DNA of 31,645 nt from Promethearchaeota archaeon. Its GTDB lineage: Archaea > Asgardarchaeota > Lokiarchaeia > Sigyniarchaeales > SOKP01. Where the stretch lies: the NCBI GenBank assembly GCA_019058365.1, contig JAHPZE010000039.1:1-31645 (forward strand), read 5' to 3'. Below the pieces are notes generated by a model that ran no database searches, was not told where the DNA came from, and saw only the letters and a list, made by a program, of their open reading frames with translations. Made by a program: the position numbers and the translations under genes. Below, piece after piece: positions 18,190 through 27,437 of this stretch (positions within the stretch are counted from its first letter, which is position 1; the number at the start of each line of letters is the position of its first letter).

Positions 18190-19050
18190 TTAATCTTGGA
18201 TTTTTTGAGCTATTTCAGGAGACCTTCTTCTGTGAATAAACTCTTTAATAAAATCGACTAGGGTTTTTGTAACTGTTGATAAAGGAGACTTTTCTTTTAA
18301 GTTTTTTACTAATTCCTTCTTAGAGATTTTTTTAGTGGTTTCCAGAATAGAGATTGTTTTATCAACATCTTCCAAAAACTTAGTTAGGAAAAAGGTTAAA
18401 AATTTTAATTGTTCATCTTGATCCTGTTTTTTTAGTGCTGAATTAATTATTGACTGTTCAAGTTCAAGACCTGTTTTCCAAGGTTTTTGAACTATAAGTT
18501 TGCTGGGATTCATCAAAAAAGCAGATCTTTTCTGATTTTTGACTAAAGCATAAAAATAAGTAGCTGTAGGATAAATTTTATTATTAAATTCAATGATTTT
18601 CAAGGTTCTTCTATTTTTATATGCTTCAGGCATTATTTCATCAAGCATAGTATTTATAACATCCAGATTTACCTTAAATTCTTTATTTATAATAAGGTAT
18701 AAAGGATAGTTAAATAACTTTGAATGGATTAGACCCGCAAGGCAGTTAAATCCAATATCATCAATAAATCTTTCTAACTTTGTTGTTTTATCTTCAATAT
18801 CTATTTCTTCATGTATTTTTTTTTCAGCTGTTGTCTTTATTAATAAATCTACAGTTTCATATCCAATAACCCTCCCTTTGACATCTAAAAATACAATAAA
18901 TATATGATCTTGGCAAACAGCTCCTTTCGGGACTTGGATTTTTATATGTCCAAATTTTTTTTCAGCAAATAGTGTTTCTGGAACATGGATAGTTTTTTCT
19001 ATACCACATCGTGGACATGCTACCTCTATTGCATACTGTTGAACTTGCAT
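18190..19050 (-). CDS. Hypothetical protein with an N-terminal CxxC...CxxH zinc module
   Basis: Start moved to ATG 19050 (MQVQQYAIEVACPRC) after a GTGGGG RBS-like motif; module aligns by eye with the N-terminus of 636-1616. Confidence 0.65.
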   Translation of the reverse strand: MQVQQYAIEVACPRCGIEKTIHVPETLFAEKKFGHIKIQVPKGAVCQDHIFIVFLDVKGRVIGYETVDLLIKTTAEKKIHEEIDIEDKTTKLERFIDDIGFNCLAGLIHSKLFNYPLYLIINKEFKVNLDVINTMLDEIMPEAYKNRRTLKIIEFNNKIYPTATYFYALVKNQKRSAFLMNPSKLIVQKPWKTGLELEQSIINSALKKQDQDEQLKFLTFFLTKFLEDVDKTISILETTKKISKKELVKNLKEKSPLSTVTKTLVDFIKEFIHRRRSPEIAQKIQD

Positions 19051-19188
19051 AATTAACCCCACTAAAAGTAGAAAAAATAAAAAATTGTAAGTTAACCATA
19101 AAAACATATAAATATAAATTTATCTGGTTTTATATTTCCAGAATAATACAGACATAAAAATATTTAAAAAAAAGATATGAAGAAGTAA

Positions 19189-19719
19189 TTATCTATTTTC
19201 TTCTTTTTCATGATGTATCATAAGGACGATTCCAAGTATAAGCATAGCAGAATCATCATCTAAATCGGGAGACACTTTTACTCCATAAGTCCCCTTTAGT
19301 AAACTCTTAAATAATTTTTTACGAATTTCAGCGACTTCTTTATTATCTTTTAGGATTTTGAATTTTAAGGTTAAAATATTTCCCTTCATTGTAAAAACTT
19401 TGTTCTCATCACGATCCTCGAACCAATAGCTCGGCTTAACTGCCACAAGTTTTCTTTTTAATTTACCTATGTATTTATCCTCATCTTGCTCTCCACCTTT
19501 ATAGAATGTATAAGCAGAACGCATTGAAATTACTTTTTCATGAACAGTTAATACTGGATTCTCATCAAGATCTCTTATTCTGTAAGTGTTACCTATTTTT
19601 ATTACTTTTCCTGCGAATGTACCAATAACTTCTTTATTTAAGTTCATTATTTTACCTTTATCCCTTAAAGATATCATTTTTTCTTGAAGCATAAATTCTC
19701 TAGTTTTTTGTAGCGACAT
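19189..19719 (-). CDS. LURP-one-related / Tubby-C / scramblase-fold protein
   Basis: Repeated K..SL/SM beta-hairpin units, KGN...F.I...VAEI.KK...YGV, and a terminal hydrophobic helix (AMLILGIVLMIH). Confidence 0.8.
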   Translation of the reverse strand: MSLQKTREFMLQEKMISLRDKGKIMNLNKEVIGTFAGKVIKIGNTYRIRDLDENPVLTVHEKVISMRSAYTFYKGGEQDEDKYIGKLKRKLVAVKPSYWFEDRDENKVFTMKGNILTLKFKILKDNKEVAEIRKKLFKSLLKGTYGVKVSPDLDDDSAMLILGIVLMIHHEKEENR

Positions 19720-19891
19720 TTTTTTTGATTTTTTATTTATTTAATTTGTATAATAATTTTAGTACTACTTTAGGCTTAAAAATTTATTTAATATTATCTA
19801 TTAAATTTTATGAGTAAAAAATCATGAAGGAAAAATACAAATAAGAGAACTGAATACATTAATTCAATATTAAAAAAAAAAGAAAATTTCT

Positions 19892-20257
19892 ATGTCATTG
19901 CTTTTTAATTCAGAAGGATATTTCTGTGAAGGAGAAGTGGAGAGGGAATGGCAGTTCAAAATGAAATTTGGAAGGATATTATTAACAAATCAAGAATTAT
20001 CACTTTTTAGAAAATCAAATATAAATTTAACGGAAATAGAAACAATAATTGATAAATTCACTGATGGTTTTAAGATTCCCTTATTAAAAATTAATAATGT
20101 ATCTAATATAAAAATAGGAAAAATCTATGTCGTAAGAATTGAAACTACAGATGGTTTTTTATTTTCTATTACAATGGCAGATAATAAGAGTTCTGGGAAG
20201 AAGAGAAGTATGGAATTAAGTGAATTATTAAATGGGAATATATTAAGAAATACATAA
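19892..20257 (+). CDS. Small PH-fold (GRAM-like) protein, putative
   Basis: GRILLTNQELSLF and F.IPL..I..V strands followed by a C-terminal helix match the GRAM/PH pattern. Confidence 0.55.
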   Translation: MSLLFNSEGYFCEGEVEREWQFKMKFGRILLTNQELSLFRKSNINLTEIETIIDKFTDGFKIPLLKINNVSNIKIGKIYVVRIETTDGFLFSITMADNKSSGKKRSMELSELLNGNILRNT

Positions 20258-20318
20258 AAAAAATTGATATAAAAAAGTTAAAGTAAAAAAAGATTTAAAT
20301 TAATGGAAACTTAACTGT

Positions 20319-22184
20319 CTAACCTTTAATTGATTTTCCTTCCTCGAGTTTAGTTAAATCTTTTTCTTGCAATTCACGTCTTTGAACCTTACCTGTCATA
20401 CTAACCGGCATCTTTCTGACAAATTCAATATATTTGGGTGACTTCCATTTAGCCATGTTGTTTTGGCACCATTCTCTTAATTGATCACTAGTAATGTCTC
20501 TGTCAGCTTTGAAACCTTTCTTTAAAGTAACCCATGCTTTAACTGCTTCTCCCATCATTTCATCTGGTAATCCGGCAACAGCAACCTCATCTACCATTTC
20601 ATTTTGACCCATAAGTTCTTCTACTTCCTTTGGAAAAACTGAATGCCCTGCAACTTTAATAAGAGACTTCTTACGATCTCGTATCTCAACCCATCCATGC
20701 TCATCCATAAATCCAATATCACCTGTTAGCAACCAGCGTTTGCCACCCCACATCTTCAAATTATCTTCTTGTTCTTTTTGTTCTCCTAGATATCCTAACA
20801 TAATATGTGGCCCTGCACAGCAAATTTCTCCTGTATTTTCAATGCCAAAACCACCTCTTTCTTTAGTTCCATCAGCGATAGGACCTGCTTCAAAGTTATC
20901 AGAAGGAAATATAGCCCAATCTGCACCTGGAATTGGTAATCCTAATTTTCCAGATTTGGTTGGGCCCCAGAAAGGAGCTACACTTTGTATAGGTGAAGTT
21001 TCCGTTAATCCATATCCCGAACGTATTGGGCAAAATATTTCCTCAAAAGGATCCTTTACGTAAGAATGTAATGGGCCTGCTCCCTGCGTGGCATATTTCA
21101 ATTTCTTCCAAAAATCATATTTCTTTTTAAATTCATCAACACCCATTTCCTGTACAAAGTCTGTTAACCTTTTAAACAACATTTCGACTCCTGTATATAT
21201 TATTCCTTCAGGAGCATCTATCTTATTTATTGCTTCGCATAGAGCATCATCTGAAGGTGGCTTTGGGAAGAGAATCATAACCATTCCTATACCAAGAGCA
21301 GCATTCATGACACAAGTCATACCAAAGCTATGAAAAAAGGGGATAGAACCGATAGTCACCACACCTGGCCCAAGACCCGTCCAAGGTTTAACCATATTTA
21401 GATTAGCACTTAGATTAGCATGTGAAAGCATCGCAACTTTAGGAAGTCCAGTAGTACCCCCAGTCATTAGATATATTGCAGGATCTGTCCATGGATCTAT
21501 CTGAGTTTCAATTTCTTCTGGTTGTGTTTCCTTTATTATTTTATCCATCCAATATACTTTATAATTTTCAGTTTCGTTAGGTATCTTGTCTCGAGCACTT
21601 GGAACACCTAATTTCTCAATTGTAGCTTGATCTGCAGTGAAAAAGTCTACAAAATTTGAAGGTATCACATATTTTACGCTAGTTTTTGGAAGCACATCTT
21701 TAGGACCCGCGATATATAACATATCCATCATAACAAATACTTTGGCTTTTGTCATAGTTAATGAATGTAAAAGTTCCATTGGTCTATACTGTGGATTAAT
21801 CCCTTGTGAAATTGCACCAATATACTGACAGCCCATATAAGCAACCACAAAATTGATAGAATTAGGCAAATCAATAGCAACAACATCACCCTTTCTTATT
21901 CCCAAATTCTTATAGAGAAAGGTTCCAAACCGTTTTGCATAATCAAATATAGTTTTTAATTTTACACGTTCTATATATGGACCATATACAAATATACAAC
22001 TATCTTTATCCCATGTCCCGTATAAATCTGCAACACTTAAAAAATATTCCCACATTGGTAAAATTTCAACGTCTTCAACGTCTTTTAACTGTTTTGGTAC
22101 ACCTTCAGGCCAATAACCTCCAGTAAACCATACCTTATTCTCATCAACTAAAAATTCTGGATCATTTAAACTCTTCATCTTCAT
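20319..22184 (-). CDS. Long-chain fatty acid--CoA ligase (ANL adenylation family)
   Basis: YLMTGGTTGLPK, PFFHSFG, GYGLTETSP, TGD, RKK.LIKVAG, GKV motifs; start uncertain (22178-22187). Confidence 0.92.
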   Translation of the reverse strand: MKMKSLNDPEFLVDENKVWFTGGYWPEGVPKQLKDVEDVEILPMWEYFLSVADLYGTWDKDSCIFVYGPYIERVKLKTIFDYAKRFGTFLYKNLGIRKGDVVAIDLPNSINFVVAYMGCQYIGAISQGINPQYRPMELLHSLTMTKAKVFVMMDMLYIAGPKDVLPKTSVKYVIPSNFVDFFTADQATIEKLGVPSARDKIPNETENYKVYWMDKIIKETQPEEIETQIDPWTDPAIYLMTGGTTGLPKVAMLSHANLSANLNMVKPWTGLGPGVVTIGSIPFFHSFGMTCVMNAALGIGMVMILFPKPPSDDALCEAINKIDAPEGIIYTGVEMLFKRLTDFVQEMGVDEFKKKYDFWKKLKYATQGAGPLHSYVKDPFEEIFCPIRSGYGLTETSPIQSVAPFWGPTKSGKLGLPIPGADWAIFPSDNFEAGPIADGTKERGGFGIENTGEICCAGPHIMLGYLGEQKEQEDNLKMWGGKRWLLTGDIGFMDEHGWVEIRDRKKSLIKVAGHSVFPKEVEELMGQNEMVDEVAVAGLPDEMMGEAVKAWVTLKKGFKADRDITSDQLREWCQNNMAKWKSPKYIEFVRKMPVSMTGKVQRRELQEKDLTKLEEGKSIKG

Positions 22185-22217
22185 CAATTTAAGATAATTT
22201 TGTAAAAATTTTGTTAA

Positions 22218-22241
22218 AATCTTATTTATTATAATAAGATT
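22218..22241. promoter_or_regulatory. Perfect 9-bp inverted repeat AATCTTATT-N6-AATAAGATT in a divergent promoter region
   Basis: Read directly; lies next to the palindromic TATA-like TTATTATATAATAA (22248-22261). Confidence 0.4.
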
Positions 22242-22316
22242 GATTTGTTATTATATAATAATTTAACTTGATTAATTATTAATTCGTATCAATATAATTT
22301 GCAATTTTAAGCATAA

Positions 22317-23174
22317 ATGGGTTTTAAAGATAAACTTAAGGAACAATTAAAAAGTGAATTATCTGAAGAGGAACTTTCATTACTTCCAGGAGGATTTCAA
22401 ACTTTAGGAAAAGTAGTAATTCTAAAACTCAATCCAAACCTCCTTGAAAAGAAAGAAATCATTGGAAAAGCCTGTTTAGATATGTTTCCAAAAATTAAAT
22501 CTATCTATATTAACAAGGGCAAAATAGTAGGAACTTATAGAGAACCAGAAAAGATTGAATTTATTGCAGGAGAAAACAACCCTATTGTAGAACATAAAGA
22601 GCATGATGTAACTTATCGATTTAATATTACAAAAATCATGTTTAGTAAGGGAAATATCAATGAACGAAAATTTCTCACAACACTTATACAAAGTGGGGAA
22701 ATTGTTGTAGATATGTTCGCAGGAATAGGTTATTTTTCGTTACCGATCGCAAAGCATTCTTCAGTGGAAAAAATATATAGTATTGAAGTTAACCCTGAAT
22801 CGTATAAATTTTTAGTGGAAAATATCAAGATAAATCATTTAGAAGATAAAATTGTGCCAATCAATGGGGATTGTAAGGTTGAGGTAATAAAACTTAGTGA
22901 ATCAGGAATTAGAGCTAACAGAGTAATAATGGGAGTATTTCCCGCTCCAAAAGAATATATTACAGAGGCATTAAGCTTAGTTAATAATAATGGAACAGTG
23001 TTTCATTATGAAGGGGTGGCTGAAAAAGATAAATATATCGTGCTTTTTAACGAATTTAATGAAATCGCTCAAAAAGAAGGATATAATTGTGAGTTAAAGT
23101 CGCATAGAATTGTTAAAAGCTATGGCCCAAATTTATACCATATAGTTTTGGATATTTTTATATTTAAAATTTAG
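22317..23174 (+). CDS. taw2: tRNA(Phe) wyosine-pathway aminocarboxypropyltransferase Taw2/TYW2 (Trm5/TYW2 family)
   Basis: KIMFSKGNINER, VDMFAGIGYFSLP, EVNP, RVIMG (not the Trm5 NLP motif), VKSYGP..YHIVLD. Confidence 0.8.
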   Translation: MGFKDKLKEQLKSELSEEELSLLPGGFQTLGKVVILKLNPNLLEKKEIIGKACLDMFPKIKSIYINKGKIVGTYREPEKIEFIAGENNPIVEHKEHDVTYRFNITKIMFSKGNINERKFLTTLIQSGEIVVDMFAGIGYFSLPIAKHSSVEKIYSIEVNPESYKFLVENIKINHLEDKIVPINGDCKVEVIKLSESGIRANRVIMGVFPAPKEYITEALSLVNNNGTVFHYEGVAEKDKYIVLFNEFNEIAQKEGYNCELKSHRIVKSYGPNLYHIVLDIFIFKI

Positions 23175-23273
23175 ATAATTTTATTTATAGAATAGAAGAA
23201 ATATATCTTATAGAGAAGTAAAAAGAGACAACCAATTTTTTTTTGAATTCATAATTAATAAGAAGGATTAAAG

Positions 23274-24527
23274 TTGACTAGCAATATAACTATTGGTTTA
23301 GATTACAGTCATAATAATATTTTAACATTAGAATCATCTAGTTTTGGTGAATTTACACAATTTTTATTTACATCCGGATATAAATTGGGGAAAATTGAAG
23401 CCGGTTTTGTTTCTTTAGACAATTTAAAAAAGTATAATATAATAATTCTTTCAACACCAAAGAACTCAAATTTAACACCAAATGAAATTCAAATTCTTGA
23501 GAGTTATGTCAAACAGGGAGGTAGTCTCTTAATTATTAGTTCCACTGGGGGAGATTATACGAGTAGTACTAATTTAAATGAATTAACACAAAAGTTCGGG
23601 TTTGAATTTGAATCAGACGAGATTAATGATTCAGTAAATTATGTTAATCTTCAAAAGAGACCTATTATCACAAAATTTAATCCTCATGTTATAACAGAAC
23701 AATTAAAAAGGATTGTATTTTCAAGTTCTTGTTCTGTAAAAATCTTAGATTTTATTGAAGATGAGAAGAATGTAAAAATTGACTGGGTATTGAAGTCTGG
23801 ATTAAACAGCTGGCGGAAAAAATTTGATGGAGAATCTTGGATTGAAGAGGATAGCCCTAAAATTCCATTAATGGTTGTAGTTGAATATTTTAAAGGAAAA
23901 GTAGTTGGTTTTGGAAATATTAGTATTTTTTCATCTCTCGCACATGAATACGGTTTTTCTGCTTTAGATAATAATTTTTTAATAGCTAATGTTCTAAATT
24001 TTTTAATAGGAAGCTTGGATTCGGAAGGAAAAGCAGTAACAATAGAACTAAATTTAGAATTATATTATTGGGCAGATAAAATTATTAAACAAGAGAAATG
24101 GGATAATATTTCAGATCTTATTAATGTAAGTTTAAAATACTTCAAAGATAATTACAGTGAAATTATTAATGAAATTAAAAATTTACGAGTAGAGAGATTA
24201 AAGAAAAAGGTAGCATATGAAAAAGCTGCTAAAGAAAAAGTAAAAAGAGAAATTACTGAAGAAGAAGTTTTGGCAAAAGTTCCAATTCTCATAAGAAAGA
24301 AGGAAGATCTTGAAGATATTATGAGTGCTTTAGAGGATATTACAGGAGAGACGTATGAAATTTCTATAGATTTAGATGAGGAAGATATTGATGAGGATGA
24401 GGAAAAGCCATCAGTTGATTTTACAGACGAAGATATTATAGGGTTTGAGGAGACTTATCCTAAAAAAGCTATTTGGCACGGAAAGGCTACAAAGGCTTTT
24501 CGAGAATGGTTGAAAAAAAAACAATAA
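23274..24527 (+). CDS. GIFT-domain (IFT52/GldG-like) protein with RHH-like, coiled-coil, acidic and Trp-containing C-terminal modules
   Basis: DYSH, L..YNIIILSTP...T.NEI..L..YV..GGSLLI...GG.....NLNEL...FG, GKVVGFGN..IFS...DN..L..N...FL; no signal peptide. Confidence 0.75.
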   Translation: MTSNITIGLDYSHNNILTLESSSFGEFTQFLFTSGYKLGKIEAGFVSLDNLKKYNIIILSTPKNSNLTPNEIQILESYVKQGGSLLIISSTGGDYTSSTNLNELTQKFGFEFESDEINDSVNYVNLQKRPIITKFNPHVITEQLKRIVFSSSCSVKILDFIEDEKNVKIDWVLKSGLNSWRKKFDGESWIEEDSPKIPLMVVVEYFKGKVVGFGNISIFSSLAHEYGFSALDNNFLIANVLNFLIGSLDSEGKAVTIELNLELYYWADKIIKQEKWDNISDLINVSLKYFKDNYSEIINEIKNLRVERLKKKVAYEKAAKEKVKREITEEEVLAKVPILIRKKEDLEDIMSALEDITGETYEISIDLDEEDIDEDEEKPSVDFTDEDIIGFEETYPKKAIWHGKATKAFREWLKKKQ

Positions 24528-24604
24528 ACCACAACATTAGCTTAACTCGAAAAATAGAAATTGAATCTATTATTTTATTTTTTAGATAATGGTTTAATTT
24601 AATT

Positions 24605-26011
24605 ATGGAAAGATTTATTTTTGTGTTAGGTTCCAATTGGCAATTATCCTTGGCAGAATTGGATAATTATCTTAAGTATTCTAAGTATAAAGGGAGAATA
24701 ATTGACTATTCTGCGAATATAGCAATAGTAGAATTTAAGGATTTGCATCAAGATCCACATTATATTAATAAACTAATGGAGATTCAATTTAATTTAGGCG
24801 GATGTCAAAAAATCTCAAAGATTTTTGATTTTATCGATATTACTACAATCCAAGAAGCCTTTCCAATTCAAATGTACAAATTTAAACATGTAGAGAGGAT
24901 TAGAAAGAAGATCATTGATATTATTGATAACATTATTATTGGAAAAAAGGGAATCTTTCCTAAAGTTTATGAAAGTATGTTTTTTGCTGTTTCTATTTAT
25001 CCTAATCTTTATGACGACAGTTATTATACTGAAGTTCTGGTGAAACATTTTCTACCATTTCTAAATAAAGAAATTATGGAAATTCTTAAACAAAAGGGTG
25101 CGGAAAAAGCATTATACTATCAATATCCTGAAGAAAATATCAAATCAGGTAATTTGAATCCAATTTTTCCTCATCATTTAATCAAATATGACCTGCTTAA
25201 TGAAAATAGAGCAGAAATAATTTTTGGGTTTACAGAAGAAGGTGTGTATCTCGCAAGAACATTTACTACAGATGATCCAAATTTTAAAAAAGAGATTGAT
25301 GAAGGAAGACCTCATAAAGAATTTAAAAGTTCTATTTCTCCAAAGTTAACATTGACCTTGTTAAACTTTTTGAACATATTTGAAAATAGAGAAAATAAGA
25401 AAATTCTGGATCCATTTGTTGGAAATGGAACAATTGCATTGTTTGCTCTATTACAAGATTTTCAAATTTTTGGGTCAGATAATGATTTTATGAAAGTAAA
25501 TAACACAATTCGTAATATACATTGGTTATTGGAGTTATTGGAAGAAGAAATTCCTCCACTTACTCATCAAAGAATAGTAAAACAAGATGCTAGAAGTATG
25601 TCTAATAAATTTGAAGCTTATTTCTTTGATGGTATCTGCACTGAACCAGAATTAGGACCATATTATACAGAAAAACCATACTTTACGCAAGCTAGAAATT
25701 TAATAGAGACTGAATTAACGCCATTATATGATGATTTTCTCAAAGAAGCCTATAAAATATTAAAACCTAATTCCAGAATTTGTTTTATATCCCCAATTAT
25801 TAGTACTATTGATGGAAATGATATTCAAGTAAATATTGAGAAAATTGCTACTAAGAATAACTTTAGAATTGTACCAATGTTAGATCTCAGTAGGATAAAT
25901 AATAAATCTAATCCAAAACTTAAATTTCGCAAGCAACAAGTAAGAACTTTAATAGATGCCAAAAAGGGTCAAATTATAAAAAGAAAAATTTATGTCTTAG
26001 AAAAAAAATGA
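24605..26011 (+). CDS. SAM-dependent RNA methyltransferase, Trm11/TrmG10-like
   Basis: LSLAEL N-terminus, SSISPKL, ILDPFVGNGTI, GSD, DA, and ICTEPELGP in place of DPPY. Confidence 0.75.
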   Translation: MERFIFVLGSNWQLSLAELDNYLKYSKYKGRIIDYSANIAIVEFKDLHQDPHYINKLMEIQFNLGGCQKISKIFDFIDITTIQEAFPIQMYKFKHVERIRKKIIDIIDNIIIGKKGIFPKVYESMFFAVSIYPNLYDDSYYTEVLVKHFLPFLNKEIMEILKQKGAEKALYYQYPEENIKSGNLNPIFPHHLIKYDLLNENRAEIIFGFTEEGVYLARTFTTDDPNFKKEIDEGRPHKEFKSSISPKLTLTLLNFLNIFENRENKKILDPFVGNGTIALFALLQDFQIFGSDNDFMKVNNTIRNIHWLLELLEEEIPPLTHQRIVKQDARSMSNKFEAYFFDGICTEPELGPYYTEKPYFTQARNLIETELTPLYDDFLKEAYKILKPNSRICFISPIISTIDGNDIQVNIEKIATKNNFRIVPMLDLSRINNKSNPKLKFRKQQVRTLIDAKKGQIIKRKIYVLEKK

Positions 26012-26017
26012 GGAAAT

Positions 26018-26680
26018 ATGAATTATAATGAGATATTAGATGAAATTGAAAAACAATTAGAAGGAGAAGCTCATTTAGACGAATTAGCTAGAAAAAAGCA
26101 AGACCCTTTTAAAATATTAATCTCAACTATATTATCAGCACGGACTAAAGATGCAAATACTAGAATTGCAACTGAGAGATTATTTGCTAAATATGATACT
26201 CCAAAAGAAATCGCTGAAGCAGATATTGAAGAAATTGAGCAACTTGTAAAATCATCAGGGTTTTATAAGGTTAAAGCTGCTCGAATAAAAGAAGTATCAC
26301 AAGTTTTAATTGATAAATACAACAGCATTGTTCCAGAAAATTATGAAGAATTGATGAGTTTGCCTGGGGTAGGTAGTAAAACTGCTAATTGTGTATTAGT
26401 TTATGCCTTTAAAGTGCCTGCTATTCCAGTGGATACACACGTACACCGCATAAGCAACAGATTAGGATGGGTAGAAACCAAGAATCCTCTACAAACAGAA
26501 AAAGTATTAAGAGATACAATTCCTAAGGAATTTTGGTTAAAATTGAATAGATTATTTGTAAGATTTGGACAACAAATATGTATACCAATCAGACCAAAGT
26601 GCGAGATTTGCTCTCTTAATGAAGTTTGTCCAAAAGATTTTTCAATGGAGATAGCAATGAGAAGTAAAAAGAAGAAATAA
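26018..26680 (+). CDS. nth: Endonuclease III
   Basis: PFKILISTILSARTKD, HhH LPGVGSKTAN, VDTHVHRISNRLG, C-x6-C-x2-C-x5-C Fe-S motif. Confidence 0.96.
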   Translation: MNYNEILDEIEKQLEGEAHLDELARKKQDPFKILISTILSARTKDANTRIATERLFAKYDTPKEIAEADIEEIEQLVKSSGFYKVKAARIKEVSQVLIDKYNSIVPENYEELMSLPGVGSKTANCVLVYAFKVPAIPVDTHVHRISNRLGWVETKNPLQTEKVLRDTIPKEFWLKLNRLFVRFGQQICIPIRPKCEICSLNEVCPKDFSMEIAMRSKKKK

Positions 26681-26762
26681 TCGATCCTAAAGAGTGCTTT
26701 TATGAATTTAAGCAATAATACATACTTATGGTTTATGTTATGGCAGAACTATTAAATAAAAT

Positions 26763-27350
26763 TTAAGAAATAAATCTAATTTTCTTCTTGCGTGTATAAA
26801 ATAAGTAGCCAAATAGGATTCCTCCTGTTAGACCAAAAAGATGTGCCCAATAATTAATACCTGGAGTAAATGAATAAACAATAAAAAATATGAGATAAAA
26901 TAAAGCAAAAAACAGGAGTGGTTGATAATCTGTCGCAATCATGACAAATGCAACACCTAATAAGCCAAAAATAGCTCCTGAAGCTCCTAAGCTGATTGCA
27001 TCTAAAGGAAGTAGGAGTAATGAAAATATATTACCAATTAATCCTGAGACAAAATAAATTATTAAATATTGAACTTTTGAAATAAGAGTATTAGTTTCTA
27101 CAGTTGCACCGAATAATAAAAGGGCAATCATATTAGAAAATAGGTGTATTGGATCTGCGTGAAAAAACATGGATGTAAATAATCTCCAGATCTGGTAATT
27201 CTCTATTACATTTCTATTAATTTGAACAAAAATCAAAAAAATATCCACTGGAGCACCTAAGTTAAATAGAAAAAAAATCAAAACATTAATAAATATGAGA
27301 GTTAATGTTATTCTTGCATTCTTTAAATTCTCAATATCTAAAATCATCAT
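26763..27350 (-). CDS. Rhomboid intramembrane serine protease
   Basis: WRLFTSMFFH, HLFSNM, catalytic GASGAIFG and AHLFGL.GG; about 6 TM segments. Confidence 0.93.
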   Translation of the reverse strand: MMILDIENLKNARITLTLIFINVLIFFLFNLGAPVDIFLIFVQINRNVIENYQIWRLFTSMFFHADPIHLFSNMIALLLFGATVETNTLISKVQYLIIYFVSGLIGNIFSLLLLPLDAISLGASGAIFGLLGVAFVMIATDYQPLLFFALFYLIFFIVYSFTPGINYWAHLFGLTGGILFGYLFYTRKKKIRFIS

Positions 27351-27437
27351 ATGAATCGAAAGCGTACTGAAACAGTTAAGATTTATTATAACAAAGTATA
27401 ATAATTTGTTTTTATATTATTTTTTTAATATAAATAA

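Noticed and set aside
19051-19107. Hydrophobic N-terminal signal or TM segment on the zinc-module protein
   Set aside because: Likely a translation of T-rich upstream DNA; an RBS-like motif supports ATG 19050
8145-26715. Short antisense or overlapping ORFs in the track (8145-8333, 11741-11974, 13894-14082, 14411-14707, 14729-15031, 14985-15179, 15068-15253, 15350-15622, 16182-16409, 16542-16775, 20740-21063, 21088-21333, 21637-21828, 22476-22691, 24815-25048, 26401-26715)
   Set aside because: All lie largely within well-supported genes and have no motifs; typical shadow ORFs
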